Assembly (NCBI RefSeq): GCF_006345805.1
Contig: NW_021834173.1
Coordinates: forward strand, 2,913-66,912
DNA: 64,000 nucleotides
DNA from: Octopus sinensis
Taxonomy: Eukaryota
Reading direction: 5' to 3'
Both the position numbers and the translations under genes were made by a program. Shown one piece after another: positions 51,451 to 63,494 of this stretch (the stretch's first letter is position 1; the number at the start of each line of letters is the position of its first letter). The notes under the pieces were generated by a model, which was given only the letters and a program-made list of their open reading frames with translations, was not told the origin of the DNA and did not search any database.

Positions 51451-52459
51451 ACCCTGAAACTAGACAATACAACAAAATAAAAATACTAAATATGAAAGAT
51501 TTCTAGAAATATGAAGGAACCCCAAAAATCCTTAACACCATATGATAAACCACAACCACAAACACAGATACAATAATCTCAGAGTACTATTGCCAATAAA
51601 CCTCACTAGTTTTTAACTGGGATGTACATGACCCTACTGGCAAATACAGCAACTGTCATGCAATGACCGAGCCTACCTTGTCCATCTTGATGTGGCCAAT
51701 GTAAGAACAGCATACAAAAATGTATCAGCACTTGAGATACACTAATATATCTACACTGTGACATTGTAGCCTATACAGTTTATCAATAGATGCCAAATTG
51801 TCCTGTATGGCCCACTGCTATGTAGAGACTTGGTGAAAGCAGGCTAGGTGGAGCTGTGGGCCACATCATGTCATTCAGTTGCTCACCTGTGTGCCACAGG
51901 TAAGCTTACTTTGAGGATGAATTTTACAACAAGATTTGACCTGGAGCAGTAGTTCCCAACTGGTGTCCATAAGGTCCTTGGGGGCCCATATAAGATTTTG
52001 TGGTTAAAATTGATGTACAATAAATAGGTTATACTTCTACAATACACAAAATATTAAAATTTTTTTTATAGGCATCGTTGTGTGGTAAGAAGCTTGCTTC
52101 CCAACCACATGATTCTGTGTTCAGTCCCACTGCGTGACACCTTGAGCAAGTGTCTTCTACTATAGCCTCGGGCCAACCAAAGCCTTGTGAGTGGAATTGG
52201 TAGACGGAAACTGAAGGAAACCCACCACGTATGTATATATATATATATATATATGTATGTACATGTGTTTACCTGTTTGCATGTGTGAGTGTGTCTTTAT
52301 ATGAACGTATGTACGTGTTTGTATGTGTGAGTGTGTCTATGTAAACATGTATATGTGTGTGTGTATTTCATCATGAGATAACTTCATTGCATGAATAAAT
52401 TTAAAAAAAAATTTTTCTCATTAGCTTATAAATAAATTATTAGTGTTTTTTTCTTTTTT

Positions 52460-52680
52460 CTTACCAGCCTCCCCTCTCCACGACACCAGTGTTATCCAAG
52501 GGAAAGGCAAAGGGGCCAATGGCACCTGTGACTTCGCAACTCATTTCTACAGCTGAGTGAACTGGAGCAATGTGAAATAAAGTGTCTTGCTCAAGAACAG
52601 AACACACAGCCCAGTCTGGGAATCGAACTCACAACCCCATGATCATAAGCCCAATGCTGTAACCACTGAGCCATGCACCA
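52460..52680 (-). mobile_element. SINE family C head with an alternative tail
   Basis: Minus strand GGTGCATGGCTCAGTGGTT...GAGTTCGATTCC...TCTTGAGCAAGACACTTTATTTCAC; the tail is shared with 38410-38690. Confidence 0.75.
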
Positions 52681-52803
52681 TTACCCTTTTACCCAATGTG
52701 GAGTAAGGTGCTAACAATGCATGGCTTAGTCTAAAATCACTGTCTTATCCTTAAGTAATTCTATAAGAGTTTCACTATTCCAAGAGGTTCAGATCTTGCT
52801 TAC

Positions 52804-52824
52804 CGTTTCCAGTCATGTTTATTC
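52804..52824 (-). CDS. Candidate 21-nt frame-preserving microexon
   Basis: TACTGCCTGCAG|GAATAAACATGACTGGAAACG|GTAAGC; open as (G)INMTGN or NKHDWK. Lies in unique sequence. Confidence 0.35.
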
Positions 52825-53255
52825 CTGCAGGCAGTATTTTATCATGCACATCAATCACATAACTCAAACATTCTTACTATGACTAATATTTAAATAGATA
52901 GAAAGAAACAAAAAAAAAAAAACCCCAACAAAAACACACACACACACAAAATATTATTGGGTTTATAGTAGTTTAGCTTCTTGCATTCAGTAGTTGCAAA
53001 AAATTGGCTCAGTTAATGCCATTATTTCTACAAATCATGCCTTATGTCCTAGTCTGTCTTCACTCATTCTGAAAACTAACACATTTCGAAAAATGCTGCT
53101 GTCTCCTGTGTGCTCACACAATGTTTAGATTTATAGAACCCATCTGTTACCAGACAACACAAAAGGTCAACAGTAAATTCTATGTCAGTGTTACTTAAAC
53201 AACCAGGAACCAACAATACCTTGACAAGAATCACTCCCACACTCACACTATATAT

Positions 53256-53291
<36 letters not shown>

Positions 53292-53317
53292 CATACATAT
53301 TCATGTATATATATTTT

Positions 53318-53514
53318 CTTTTTCTTTTACTTGTTTCAGTCGTTTGACTGTGGCCATGCTGGAGCATCGCCTTTAGTCGAGCAAATTGACCCCAGGACTT
53401 ATTCTTTGTAAGCCCAGTACTTATTCTATCGGTCTCTTTTTGCCGAACCGCTAAGTGACAGGGATGTAAACACACCAGCATCAGTTGTCAAGCAATACTA
53501 GGGGACAAACACAG

Positions 53515-53563
<49 letters not shown>

Positions 53564-53726
53564 ACAGGCTTCTTTCAGTTTCCGTCTACCAAATCCACTG
53601 ACAAGGCATTGGTCGGCCCGGGGCTATAGCAGAAGACACTTGCCCAAGATGCCACGCAGTGGGACTGAACCCGGAACCATGTGGTTGGTTAGCAAGCTAC
53701 TTACCACACAGCCACTCCTGCGCCTA
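53318..53726 (-). mobile_element. SINE family A, full length, young
   Basis: Nearly identical to 162-555 and 41911-42332 apart from the microsatellite. Confidence 0.9.
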
Positions 53727-54031
53727 TATATATATGTACATAATTGGGATAAAGTCAGTAATTAATGATTTATCAGTGGCCAGCATGCAAAAAAGACCAT
53801 ATGGGTCAAATGAATATTAAAAGTATAATCATAAAAATATGATTATATAAAGGTGCTGTCCCTCCAATACCCTTTACCATAATTATATTTTTTAATTATA
53901 CTTTATATATATATATATATATATGATAGGCACAAGCATATTTATGTCATTAAGAAGCTTGTTTCCTAATCATGCCGTTTCATGTTCACTCCAACTGTGT
54001 GATATCCAGGGTAGGTGTCTTCTACAAAATT

Positions 54032-54064
<33 letters not shown>

Positions 54065-54343
54065 GGCTGTTTGTGTGGACATGTTCATATGTGCATCTTC
54101 ATTATCGTCATTCAGTTTTATTTCCCATGGGTAAAACACCCACAAACATCAAAATGTTATTACATATCATTGGCCTTAACTTGGAGTTAAATATAAAACA
54201 ATAAAGTCGATAATGACGATGGTGATGATGATGATGACAATGACGACGATGGTTGTGGTGGAGGGTGGGGGTGGCAATGACAAATTCATGGTATTGATAA
54301 AAAAGGCAAGCAGACACGTAGGTATATAGGCTAGTAAGATATA

Positions 54344-54556
54344 TCAGTGTGCTGAAAAGTTCCTGTCTTTGAGGGTTTCATGAAAGGCCTGGTTGGAAGC
54401 CTTCTTGTACTTTTACAGGGCTTAGAAAGTCTGAAAGACCTCTGCAATAAGTGTGTGAATCTGAGAGGGAAATATCTCAACTAAAATCATAATCAACTGA
54501 TTCTCCTGTATTTTCTTTTTTACCCAATGCCAGGAAATTTTCAAAACCCCCTTACA
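54344..54556 (+). mobile_element. Second mariner-family deletion derivative
   Basis: Degenerate TIRs (GTGCTGAAAAGTTCCTG / CCAGGAAATTTTCAAAACCCC). 54416-54484 encodes QGLESLKDLCNKCVNLRGKYLN*, matching the mariner C-terminal GIxxLxxRWxKCVxxxGxY motif. Confidence 0.7.
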
Positions 54557-54621
54557 TATATTTTATATTTTTTATATTTTATCTAGTTTCAGCTCACGAG
54601 CTGTGGCCATGCTGGGGCATA

Positions 54622-55125
54622 TCTATATATATAAAACTCTAGTTGTGTGAGTGTCTGTCCCCTTCGATTTAGATTCCTAACTCCTCCCACATTTTGCGGT
54701 GCAGTTTAACCAAATTCGGGTATCTTATAGTCGTGATTCATATCGAGCCCGTCTGGCTATTAGCGCGCGTCAACGATGAGTCTACGATTTTAAAAATAAT
54801 TTAACATCATTTTTTATTCCATTTTAATGCATAATTTTTCGTGTGTCGATGGCGGCGGAGTTGGCGTCCACGCTCACAGCTGCACCTGTTTGCTTCTCCC
54901 CCTTCCCTCCCTCGTGAAGCTGTGGGGAAGGGAGTGTAAAGAAATCAACGTCGTAATGCGTTGTGAAGGAAACCAGCGTTCTTTTAGAACAACGACTTCA
55001 TGGCTTGAAGATACCAAAACAAAAATGGCTAAGAAAGCTTGAATTTATAAGGGAAGTAACTCTCTAAAGATGCTTATATAGTTATTTTCCTTACAAACCC
55101 GAGCAACGCCGGGCGATACTGCTAG
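54622..55125 (+). mobile_element. Non-autonomous Helitron (504 bp), CpG-rich and apparently young
   Basis: 5' end A|TCTATATATATAAAA; 3' end CCCGAGCAACGCCGGG hairpin + CGATACTGCTAG|T; no TSD. Confidence 0.88.
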
Positions 55126-55144
55126 TATATATATAAATATATAA

Positions 55145-55177
<33 letters not shown>

Positions 55178-55747
55178 GTATTAAGATGACATTGCCAAAA
55201 AGTTGAAATAAGCTGCCAGATGAAAACACATCTTGTTCTTGTTCTTATAAAGTTCTTGTAATAAATTTAAGCCTATTTTTTTTCAGTAATTTAATATTTC
55301 CATCAGTAAATATTCTTCCATTGTTATTCTTATGATCTAAAATAACTACAAGTTAACATTTTGATTGCCAACCATAATGTCCTGGGTTCAGTCCCACTAC
55401 ATGGCACCTTGGACAATAGTCTTCTATTGTATCCCTAAGTCAACCAAAGCCTTTTGAGTGGATTTGATAGATGGAAACTGAAAGAAGCCCACCATATATA
55501 TATATATATAAATAAATATATGTATGTATATATTCTATAGAAAATAAAAATTGTCAAACACAGGATGGCTGCTCAAGAATTCCTTTATTTTCTTTAGAAA
55601 ACAGAGATACTTCGTGCTTCTAAGCTTGTTTACAAAATGTTCTCACACACATACAAACATGACTGGTTATAGAGTGACCATTGGTTTCGCACCTACAGAA
55701 TACTTAGACATATAAGCAGACTGAAATGGCTGATAAAGATATATATC

Positions 55748-55930
55748 ATCATCATCATCATCATTATCATCCTTTAACGTCCGCCTTCCATGCTAGCATG
55801 GGTTGGACGATTTTGACTGAGGGCTGGCGAACCAGACAGCTGCACCAGGCTCCAGTCTTGATCTGGCAGAGTTTCTACAGCTGGATGCCCTTCCTAACGC
55901 CAACCACTCTGAGAGTGTAGTGGGTGCTTT
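55748..55930 (-). mobile_element. 5'-truncated D-type tail
   Basis: (CAT)n-CCTTTAACGTCCG...CATGCTAGCATGGGTTGGACG...GGATGCCCTTCCTAACGCCAACCACTC...GTAGTGGGTGCT. Confidence 0.85.
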
Positions 55931-56638
55931 ATATATATATATATATATGGGTGCTTTATATATATATATATATACACACACACATATGCATGAATGTATA
56001 TATCTATGAGTGTCTGTCTTTGTGTTTGTACCCCACGATGGTCATGCAACTGGTGTTGGTTTCTTTACATCCCTGTAAATTTGTGGTTCAGCATAAGATG
56101 ACCAATAGAAAAAGTACCAGACATAACAGAAAAAAGTACTGAAGTTGAATTGTTTGACTAAGATTCTTCAAGGCAATTCTACAGTATGGCTGCAATCCAA
56201 TGATTGAAGCAAGTACAAGATAAAGACTAACAGATGAAAGAGAAAAAGAGAGTATCATGTAACTGTTTAGGTGATAAACAGTAGACACTGCTTCTGCTCA
56301 TTTGCATATCAGTACATTCATTGATGATGTGCATTAGTTAATTAAAACAGTGAGACAGTATCTGTAGATAAAATTGTAAATATTCTTAATGTGATTGTAG
56401 AACAACTATTAGTTTCTTAGTTGCACCAAAGATGCATACACACACACACACACACACATGAACACACACATACACACACACACATACATATGCAAACACA
56501 CGAACGCACCCTGCCCCTCATTTATCTACAGGGGCTGGGTCTATTAACAGCAAGGCCAGATGTGAGGTTATTAAACACACACATGTAAAATTTTTATTTA
56601 CTACTTAATTAACAAGCATACTGCATCAGTATGCAGTA

Positions 56639-56679
<41 letters not shown>

Positions 56680-56910
56680 CAGGCAGACAAAGTGAGCAAG
56701 AGAGAGAAGCAAATTGAGAGTGGTGAGCTAATGATAAGTATAGTACATGGCACAAGACCAGAATATGGTAAATAGTGGTGGAGGTGGTGGCGGAGAGTGT
56801 TTTAAATTATCTACTGAATCACAGTGTCAGTGTTCTATACATATAAGATAAACATGTTTGCATACACATACATGCGTACATGGGTATGCATACTATGCGT
56901 ACAAGTGTGC

Positions 56911-56961
<51 letters not shown>

Positions 56962-57189
56962 TAAGCACGTTTTACATATACATATATGCACATATGTGCA
57001 TAGAAACATACGTATTTATATATTCTTACACACACGTACACTAATATATACACAAAGATATGCGCACATGCTGGCACACCACTGCTTATGGTGAGCATTC
57101 CAGTTGACCCGATCAACAGAACAGCCTGCTCATGAAATTAAAAGTACAAGTGGCTGAGAACTGCACAGACATGTGTAACCTTTAATACC

Positions 57190-57242
57190 AAAGCCTTGTG
57201 AGTGGATTTGGTAGACGGAAAGTGAAAGAAGCCCATATATAC

Positions 57243-57274
<32 letters not shown>

Positions 57275-57490
57275 ATGTTTGTGTGTTTGTGTTTGTTCCC
57301 CCAACATTGTTCGCTTGACAACTGATGCTGGTGTGTTTACGTCCTCTTAACTTAGCGGTTCGGCAAAAGAGACTGTTAGAATAAGTACTAGGCTTACAAA
57401 AAATAAGTCCTGGGGTCGATTTGCTTGACTAAAGGCGGTGCTCCAGCATGGCTGCAGTCAAATGACTGAAAGAAGTAAAAGAGTAAAAGA
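57190..57490 (+). mobile_element. SINE family A, 5'-truncated
   Basis: Starts at CCAAAGCCTTGTGAGTGG and runs to the GAGTAAAAGAG tail. Confidence 0.85.
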
Positions 57491-58656
57491 GTATGTGTAA
57501 GTTGAACTGTGTAAAATGCTGGAGAAAGAAACCCAGCTGTTTGTTGCAATAAATAGATCCAAACAAAAATTGGACCCTTAAAATACAACGGTAGATCTGC
57601 AGTTTATTATTTTGCTTGAATGAAAACCCTTCACCCACCCCACCGAGTCTTACATGGAACCTAGTTGAGAACCACTGCACTATCCTATAGTTTTTAAAAC
57701 TAAGTCACTTTAATGCTACAAGAAAAATTCTTAAGAACTTCAAAAATTTTTCTAATCACTCAGGTGAATAACCAGATGTACAAAACGAGGACTCTGCAGA
57801 TGTAAGACACTAATTACAACAGCAAAACACCACATTACTCAAGTTACAGGTGCAATACTCTGTGCACAGGTATTTTATTCCAATTACAGGTGTAAAACAT
57901 TGTACAGCAATATGAGTCGCTAATGAAAAGGTGAAACGCTCCATATATAGGTGGGAAACATTAATTACAGGTCTAATACCTTATCACACTAATTACAGGT
58001 GAAATATCTTATTACACTAATTACAGGTTTAAGACACTCTTCAAGACTTTATTTTTTTTTTGTTATGACATCTACTGTATTGCTATTGTTTACCTGTGCC
58101 ACTTCTGCAGTCTCCTACTTGGTGAGCCAATGTGGAGTGTTTGCATGGTCACTCAACCTGCTAGAAGATTAGCCATTAAGAGCCACTTTCTGAGTTGTCA
58201 CTTGAACTGCCAGAAACAACAGCCAAATCAACATCAAACCACTGACTAATATTATCATCTTCATCATCATAATCATTTTAATGTTCACTTTTACATGCTT
58301 GCATGAGTTGGATGGAGTTAACTGAGGAAGATTTTCTACAGCCGGATGCTCTTCCTGTGGCCAACCCTCACTTGCTTCCAAGCAAGGTAATATTTCCTTG
58401 TGGCCAGATGTGAAAACGAATGACACTGCTTGTAAGACAGTGACAGTCATTTCACAACTACCACATGATGTCAAGATAAGGATACACAAACAGGAAGACA
58501 GTCACACACATATCCATATCTACATACATGTATGTGTGTATACAAGTAAGCATATAGATGCAAAACAAGGTGGTAAAAATAGTACTCGAATACCAAAGGT
58601 AGAGTAATATTCTGTTTTATTAAAGCTGAAGAAAAAAAACCTTCACAAAGAACCTT

Positions 58657-58823
58657 CAGGAGTGGCTGTGTGGTAAGTAGCTTGCTTACCAACCACATGG
58701 TTCTGGGTTCAGTCCCACTGTGTGGCACCTTGGGCAAGTGTCTTCTACTATTGCCTCAGGCCAACCAAAGCCTTGTGAGTGGATTTGGTAGACAGAAACT
58801 GAAAGAAGCCCATTGCATATATG

Positions 58824-58856
<33 letters not shown>

Positions 58857-59060
58857 TTGTGTGTCTGTGTTTGTCAGCCCAACATCGCTTGACAACCGAT
58901 GCTGGTGTGTTTACGTCCCTGTCACTTAGCAGTTCGGTAAGAGAGACCGATAGAATAAGTACTAGGCTTACAAAGTCTTGGGGTTGATTTGCTCAACTAA
59001 AGGCGGTGCTCCAGCATGGCCACAGTCAAATGACTGAAACAAATAAAAGAAAAGAAAAAA
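58657..59060 (+). mobile_element. SINE family A, full length
   Basis: CAGGAGTGGCTGTGTGGTAAGTAGCTTGC...GGGTTCAGTCCCACTG...GACTGAAACAAATAAAAG. Confidence 0.9.
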
Positions 59061-59419
59061 GGATAAAATGTTACTCAGTTGTGTATTATTACAATTGTCT
59101 ATGACTGGTCATGTGAAACTCTGTGCTTGAATGACCAAGTGAAACTCTAAGTAGCATCTATAACAGATGCTATCTATAATAGAAGATATTTGCCCAGAGT
59201 GTCATGTGGTGGAACTGAACCCAGAACCATGTGGTCAGGAAATAAACTTTCTAACCAGACAGCCACACCTGTGGTTGACTTTTTATAAGTAAAAGGCTGT
59301 GAAGTGTATTTGAGATTTGACAACCCAGAGTATAATTAGTCACATGACAAGTAACATGTGATATGGTATATTTGTTTGTTAATTTTGTTGATTGTGGTAA
59401 AATGAATGTTTTTGATTAA

Positions 59420-61490
59420 CAAAAGAAAAGCTGTTACAGATACAGATAAATCAACAGAATGAAGTTTGAACTGATGAAATTGCTTCAGAATCCAATGTTG
59501 AGAATTCCACATTTGTGGCTAAAAAAAATGTACATGAAAAAAGTTCTAAGTACCATCAGTATTATAGCAATAGTTCTTTGGACTGGAAGAGTGGTTCATA
59601 AAAAGGGTCTGAATGGCCCTTGGGGGTTCATATAAGATTCTGTCGTTAAAATTCATCTCCAATAAATTGAGTATATTTCTATAATATATATTTTAACAAT
59701 TTTTTTTTATACAATTCCTAACAATATTTAATTATAAAAATATAGATTTTTTAAAACATAGAATGACTAGGAGGGTTCACCCAAGTAAAATAGGTAACAA
59801 AAGGGTCCATAGGTAAAAAATGGTTGAGAACCACAGAACTGGAACTAGGTTTTGTATATATTCTAGTAATGTAAGAAATTCTTGTCTCCAGTGTTTTGTT
59901 TGTAGTCATGTTCTTGCAAATAAGTGTATGATGCCAAATAAATTGATGCACCATTGTATCTTCAAACATTAAATAGAGAATACGCCAAGGAATTTTTGGT
60001 ATAATCGCTGATTTCAAATTTTGGCACAAGGCCTGCAATCTTTTTGGGTGGGGTAAGTTGATTATATCAAATCTCAATGCTCAACTGATGCATTTTTATT
60101 GATCCCGAAAGGATGAAAGGCAAAGTTGACCTCAGCAGAATTTGAACACGAAATGTAGAGACAGATGTAATGCTGCTAAGAACTTTGATCAGCATGCTAA
60201 CAATTCTGCCAGTTCACCATCTTAATTTTTGATATAATTATCAAGAAGTAATCTGCAATATTCAAGATATTGAAAACATCAAGAAGTGAGTCCCGTAGTT
60301 ATAGCAATAATAACCAAAAACAAGGAACCATATTATATGACCAGAACCACCATGAAAAATTCTTGTTCTGGAATGGCTTGAACAATGTTTGACCTCAAAA
60401 TTCAGTTAGACATAAAATATTTTGAAGGTGAATTCAACATGTTGGAAGATAGTTAGTTCTGCAAAATGAAAGCAAGGTGTTTGCACAATAATTATGAGTC
60501 AGTTGATGCAAATGGGCTAACATAAGTATGGGTATTTATACATTTTTATTCAAAGAAAAAGAAACAGATCTGTAGAGCAACTTTTCTGCTTTCAAAGAAA
60601 TTTTGTTTGAAAGCTAGAAGTGAAATAGGTTCATGAAAGAAAACAATTTGTCAGAGACAAGTTACATAGAACGATGCATAGATGATGTGGAGTCAGTAGA
60701 GAGGTATACTTGGTAGACCATCTATGACTGGTCTGCAAAAAGAATCTTTACAGCTTCAGTTATAACAAAAATGAAAATATTCTAACCACAGATTGGTTGT
60801 TTTACATCCCGAAACACCAACTGTTTGAAGTGAATTAAAGGTAATTATTGAAAAAGTTGTTCAATGGTCTGTGGTATTAAAAATAAACCTATCAAATCAA
60901 GGAATTTCTGTCTATATTTGTGAAGAGGTGGGTATCACGGTTTCAAACCTTATTTTGAATGCTGAAGTCTTCTGGCCATCAAGTGGTTTGTTGTGAATAG
61001 GAATTGAGAGAAACTGTTTAAACTTTTTCAGGAGAATCAAGAAACAGGATTGAATGATTCAATTCGTAACAAATTTTGGTGTACAAAATTGGAATATCTT
61101 TCCAACACATTCAAAATAAAACAGACAACATAGAAGAGTGACAGGGAATTAACAATTGTTGATAAAATTTATGCAACAGAGACCAAAAATAGCAATTTGG
61201 AAAAATGAGAGAAGGACATTTTCAAATGTTTGTCAAAATTGATGTATGCAACTTAGGTTCTTTAACCATTGGTTATTTAGCATCACTTCAGGAGAAATTA
61301 TATGGTAACTTCCCAAGTATAAGAATATGATTAAAAATCCCTGTTTCATCCACAAGGATATTTTTTTTCACTAATAGAAGAGGGGGAAGAATTGATCAGG
61401 GGTCAATCATGATGTATAAAGAGAAAAATTGGTAAGTTTCTGGATTTATGTTTTAGAAAATCATTCCAATGAGGCTACAAAAGTTCCAAA
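59420..61490 (+). pseudogene. Heavily decayed Buster/Charlie-type hAT transposase, interrupted by a MITE (~59566-59836) and a SINE B (~60010-60225)
   Basis: Collinear motifs: QCFVCSHVLANKCMMPNKLMHH (BED finger, ~59888), ESVDANGLT*VWVFIHF (DESTD-like, ~60496), CEEVGITVSNLILNAEVFWPSSG (~60919, HTEVRWLSRG-like) and NKFWCTKLEYLSNTF (~61068, KLAYLxDIF-like). Many stops and frameshifts. Confidence 0.8.
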
Positions 61491-61559
61491 AATTCCAGCA
61501 TGGCCGCAGTCAAATGACTGAAACAAGTAAAAGAGTAAAACAGAGAAAGAATGAGGTTG

Positions 61560-61990
61560 GAAAAATTCATGGAGTTATTACCCTCACCAGTAACAAGTGT
61601 TACCAGTTTTCTGTAAGGGAAGGGCAGAATGAAGTGGAATGAAATAAAGCAAGCATTGGATGTTGTAATATGAGAGTAAATGAATGGTGAAGCCCAAATA
61701 TGTTGAGAGAAGACACTGGGTACAAGAGGAATCAGATGTGGTGTTCAAGAAAGGAGACTAGCGATATATGTATGTGATGCATATGAATTATGTCTGTTAG
61801 TTAAAGAATCAGTAAGAAACCTGTCTCAGGGGACTGACATCACCAATGAGATGTTGAAGGGCTGAAACAAATAAGAAGATGCCATGGCAAGGAAGACCAC
61901 TTCAAACCTCACATTCATGGAAAAGCAGGTCTAAAATCAATGATGACAATCATGATGATGATGATGATGATGATGACAGCAATCATAGTG
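61560..61990 (+). mobile_element. Fossil RTE-clade LINE 3' end with (GAT)n tail
   Basis: RGIRCGVQERRL at ~61725-61760 preceded by a WM(C)N-like segment; the end CATGGAAAAGCAGG...(GAT)n resembles the D tail. Confidence 0.6.
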
Positions 61991-62063
61991 ATGATGGTGA
62001 TGATGATGATGATGATGGACAATAATGATATAATACAAGGCTTACAGTTAATTTCATACCCAG

Positions 62064-62135
62064 ATTACTACCATGTCTCACCAATCTTGGTTCTTGGATG
62101 CCTTTAGCAAAATTCACTCTTTTGCTAACATTCTG
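62064..62135 (+). CDS. Candidate 72-nt symmetric exon
   Basis: TTTCATACCCAG|...ATTCTG|GTAAGG; two frames are open (ITTMSHQSWFLDAFSKIHSFANIL or LLPCLTNLGSWMPLAKFTLLLTF). Confidence 0.25.
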
Positions 62136-62244
62136 GTAAGGTCCCAGATCTGATAAGTCCCACCCTTACTCCCTCTCACCTTCCCATCAGTGTGTGTGTA
62201 TGTGTATATATAAGGTAATTTAAGATTTGCTAAAATATTCTTTT

Positions 62245-62770
62245 ACGTGTTTCAGTCATTTGACTGGCCCATGCTGGAGCACTGCTTTTAGTCAAACAAA
62301 TCGACCCAGGACTTATTCTTTGTAAGCCTAGTACGTTAGTACTTATTCTATTGGTCTCTTTTGCTGAACTGCTAAGTTATGGGGATGTAAACACACCAAC
62401 ACACACACATCATCGTTTAATGTCCGTTTTCCATGCTAGCATGGGTTATACATACATACACACACACACACAACAGGCGTCTTTCCATTTCTGTCTACCA
62501 AATCCAATTTCAAGGCTTTGGTCAGCCCAAAGCTATAGTAGAAGACACTTGCCCAAAGTGCCATGTGGTGGGACTGAACCCAGAACCATATGGTTGGGAA
62601 GCAAGCTTCTTACTACACAGCTTCTTTGTAACAAATCCACTCACACAACTTTGGTCAGACCAGAGCAATATATAGAAGAAAACACATACCCAAAGTGCCA
62701 CTCAGTGTGATTGAACCCAGATTGAAAAGTATGTGATTGAAAAGTAAAACTCTTATCACACAGCCACACC
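62245..62770 (-). mobile_element. SINE family A mosaic with a D-tail fragment and a duplicated head
   Basis: A tail at 62245-62400, D fragment at 62410-62447, and two A heads at ~62475-62625 and 62630-62775. Confidence 0.7.
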
Positions 62771-63036
62771 TGCGGCTAAAACACAAACACACACACTCCA
62801 TGCATTTATTCCAACAGATTTACCATTGATCTTATTGAGAGAATCTTTACATTAATAGAAGTAATCCATCCTCATTGTTATGAATCTATAACACCACAAA
62901 CAGTATCTTATAATTAATAAGTCATGTGATTAATTACTAAAACCTAGACATGTGGCATGTGTTACATGTATGTATGTATATATGATGTCTATTATAAATA
63001 TATATATATGTATACACACACACACACACACACACA

Positions 63037-63150
63037 AATGGGCCAAAGTCATGGTACCAAGATTAAAACTCATTTAATATATATATATTGAATATTTCAG
63101 AAATACTTATTTATAAATGTTTTGGTGCACGGCTTTTGGCCCACCCTGCA
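63037..63150. mobile_element. Small Tc1/mariner-like MITE
   Basis: GGGCCAAAGTCATGGTACCA versus TGGTGCACGGCTTTTGGCCCACCCTG (imperfect TIRs). Confidence 0.45.
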
Positions 63151-63152
63151 TA

Positions 63153-63191
<39 letters not shown>

Positions 63192-63413
63192 ATTATGAAT
63201 GCATGTATGTTGGGGTCTACTGTGTATATATTGTGTGTGTGTGTGTGTGTGCATGGATATGTGTATGTGATGGTTGTAAAGCTAGCTTCCTAATCACATG
63301 ACCATACCTGCTAATATCTCTTTAATACTCATCTGAATACGTGAACAGCATTTTAGCAGTGTTTAACATAGAGTCTATATGGGTGGGGATGGGGTGGGGG
63401 TTGGGGGTTTTAG

Positions 63414-63494
63414 CGTGGTGGAGGTGAGTGCTCTCTTCTATCTGGTGAAATTCCCCCAGTGGAGTGTCTGCTGGTGTACAATAACAAAAATCTG
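63414..63494 (+). CDS. Candidate 81-nt exon (RGGGECSLLSGEIPPVECLLVYNNKNL)
   Basis: Open phase-0/0 frame ending CTG|GTGAGT. The acceptor is weak (G-rich), and an alternative CCCCCAG acceptor lies inside the exon. Confidence 0.25.

Noticed and set aside
51870-51910. Back-to-back donor motifs on both strands (GCTCACCTGTG...CACAGGTAAGC)
   Set aside because: The quasi-palindrome lies among MITE-like fragments, and no convincing exon could be built on either strand.
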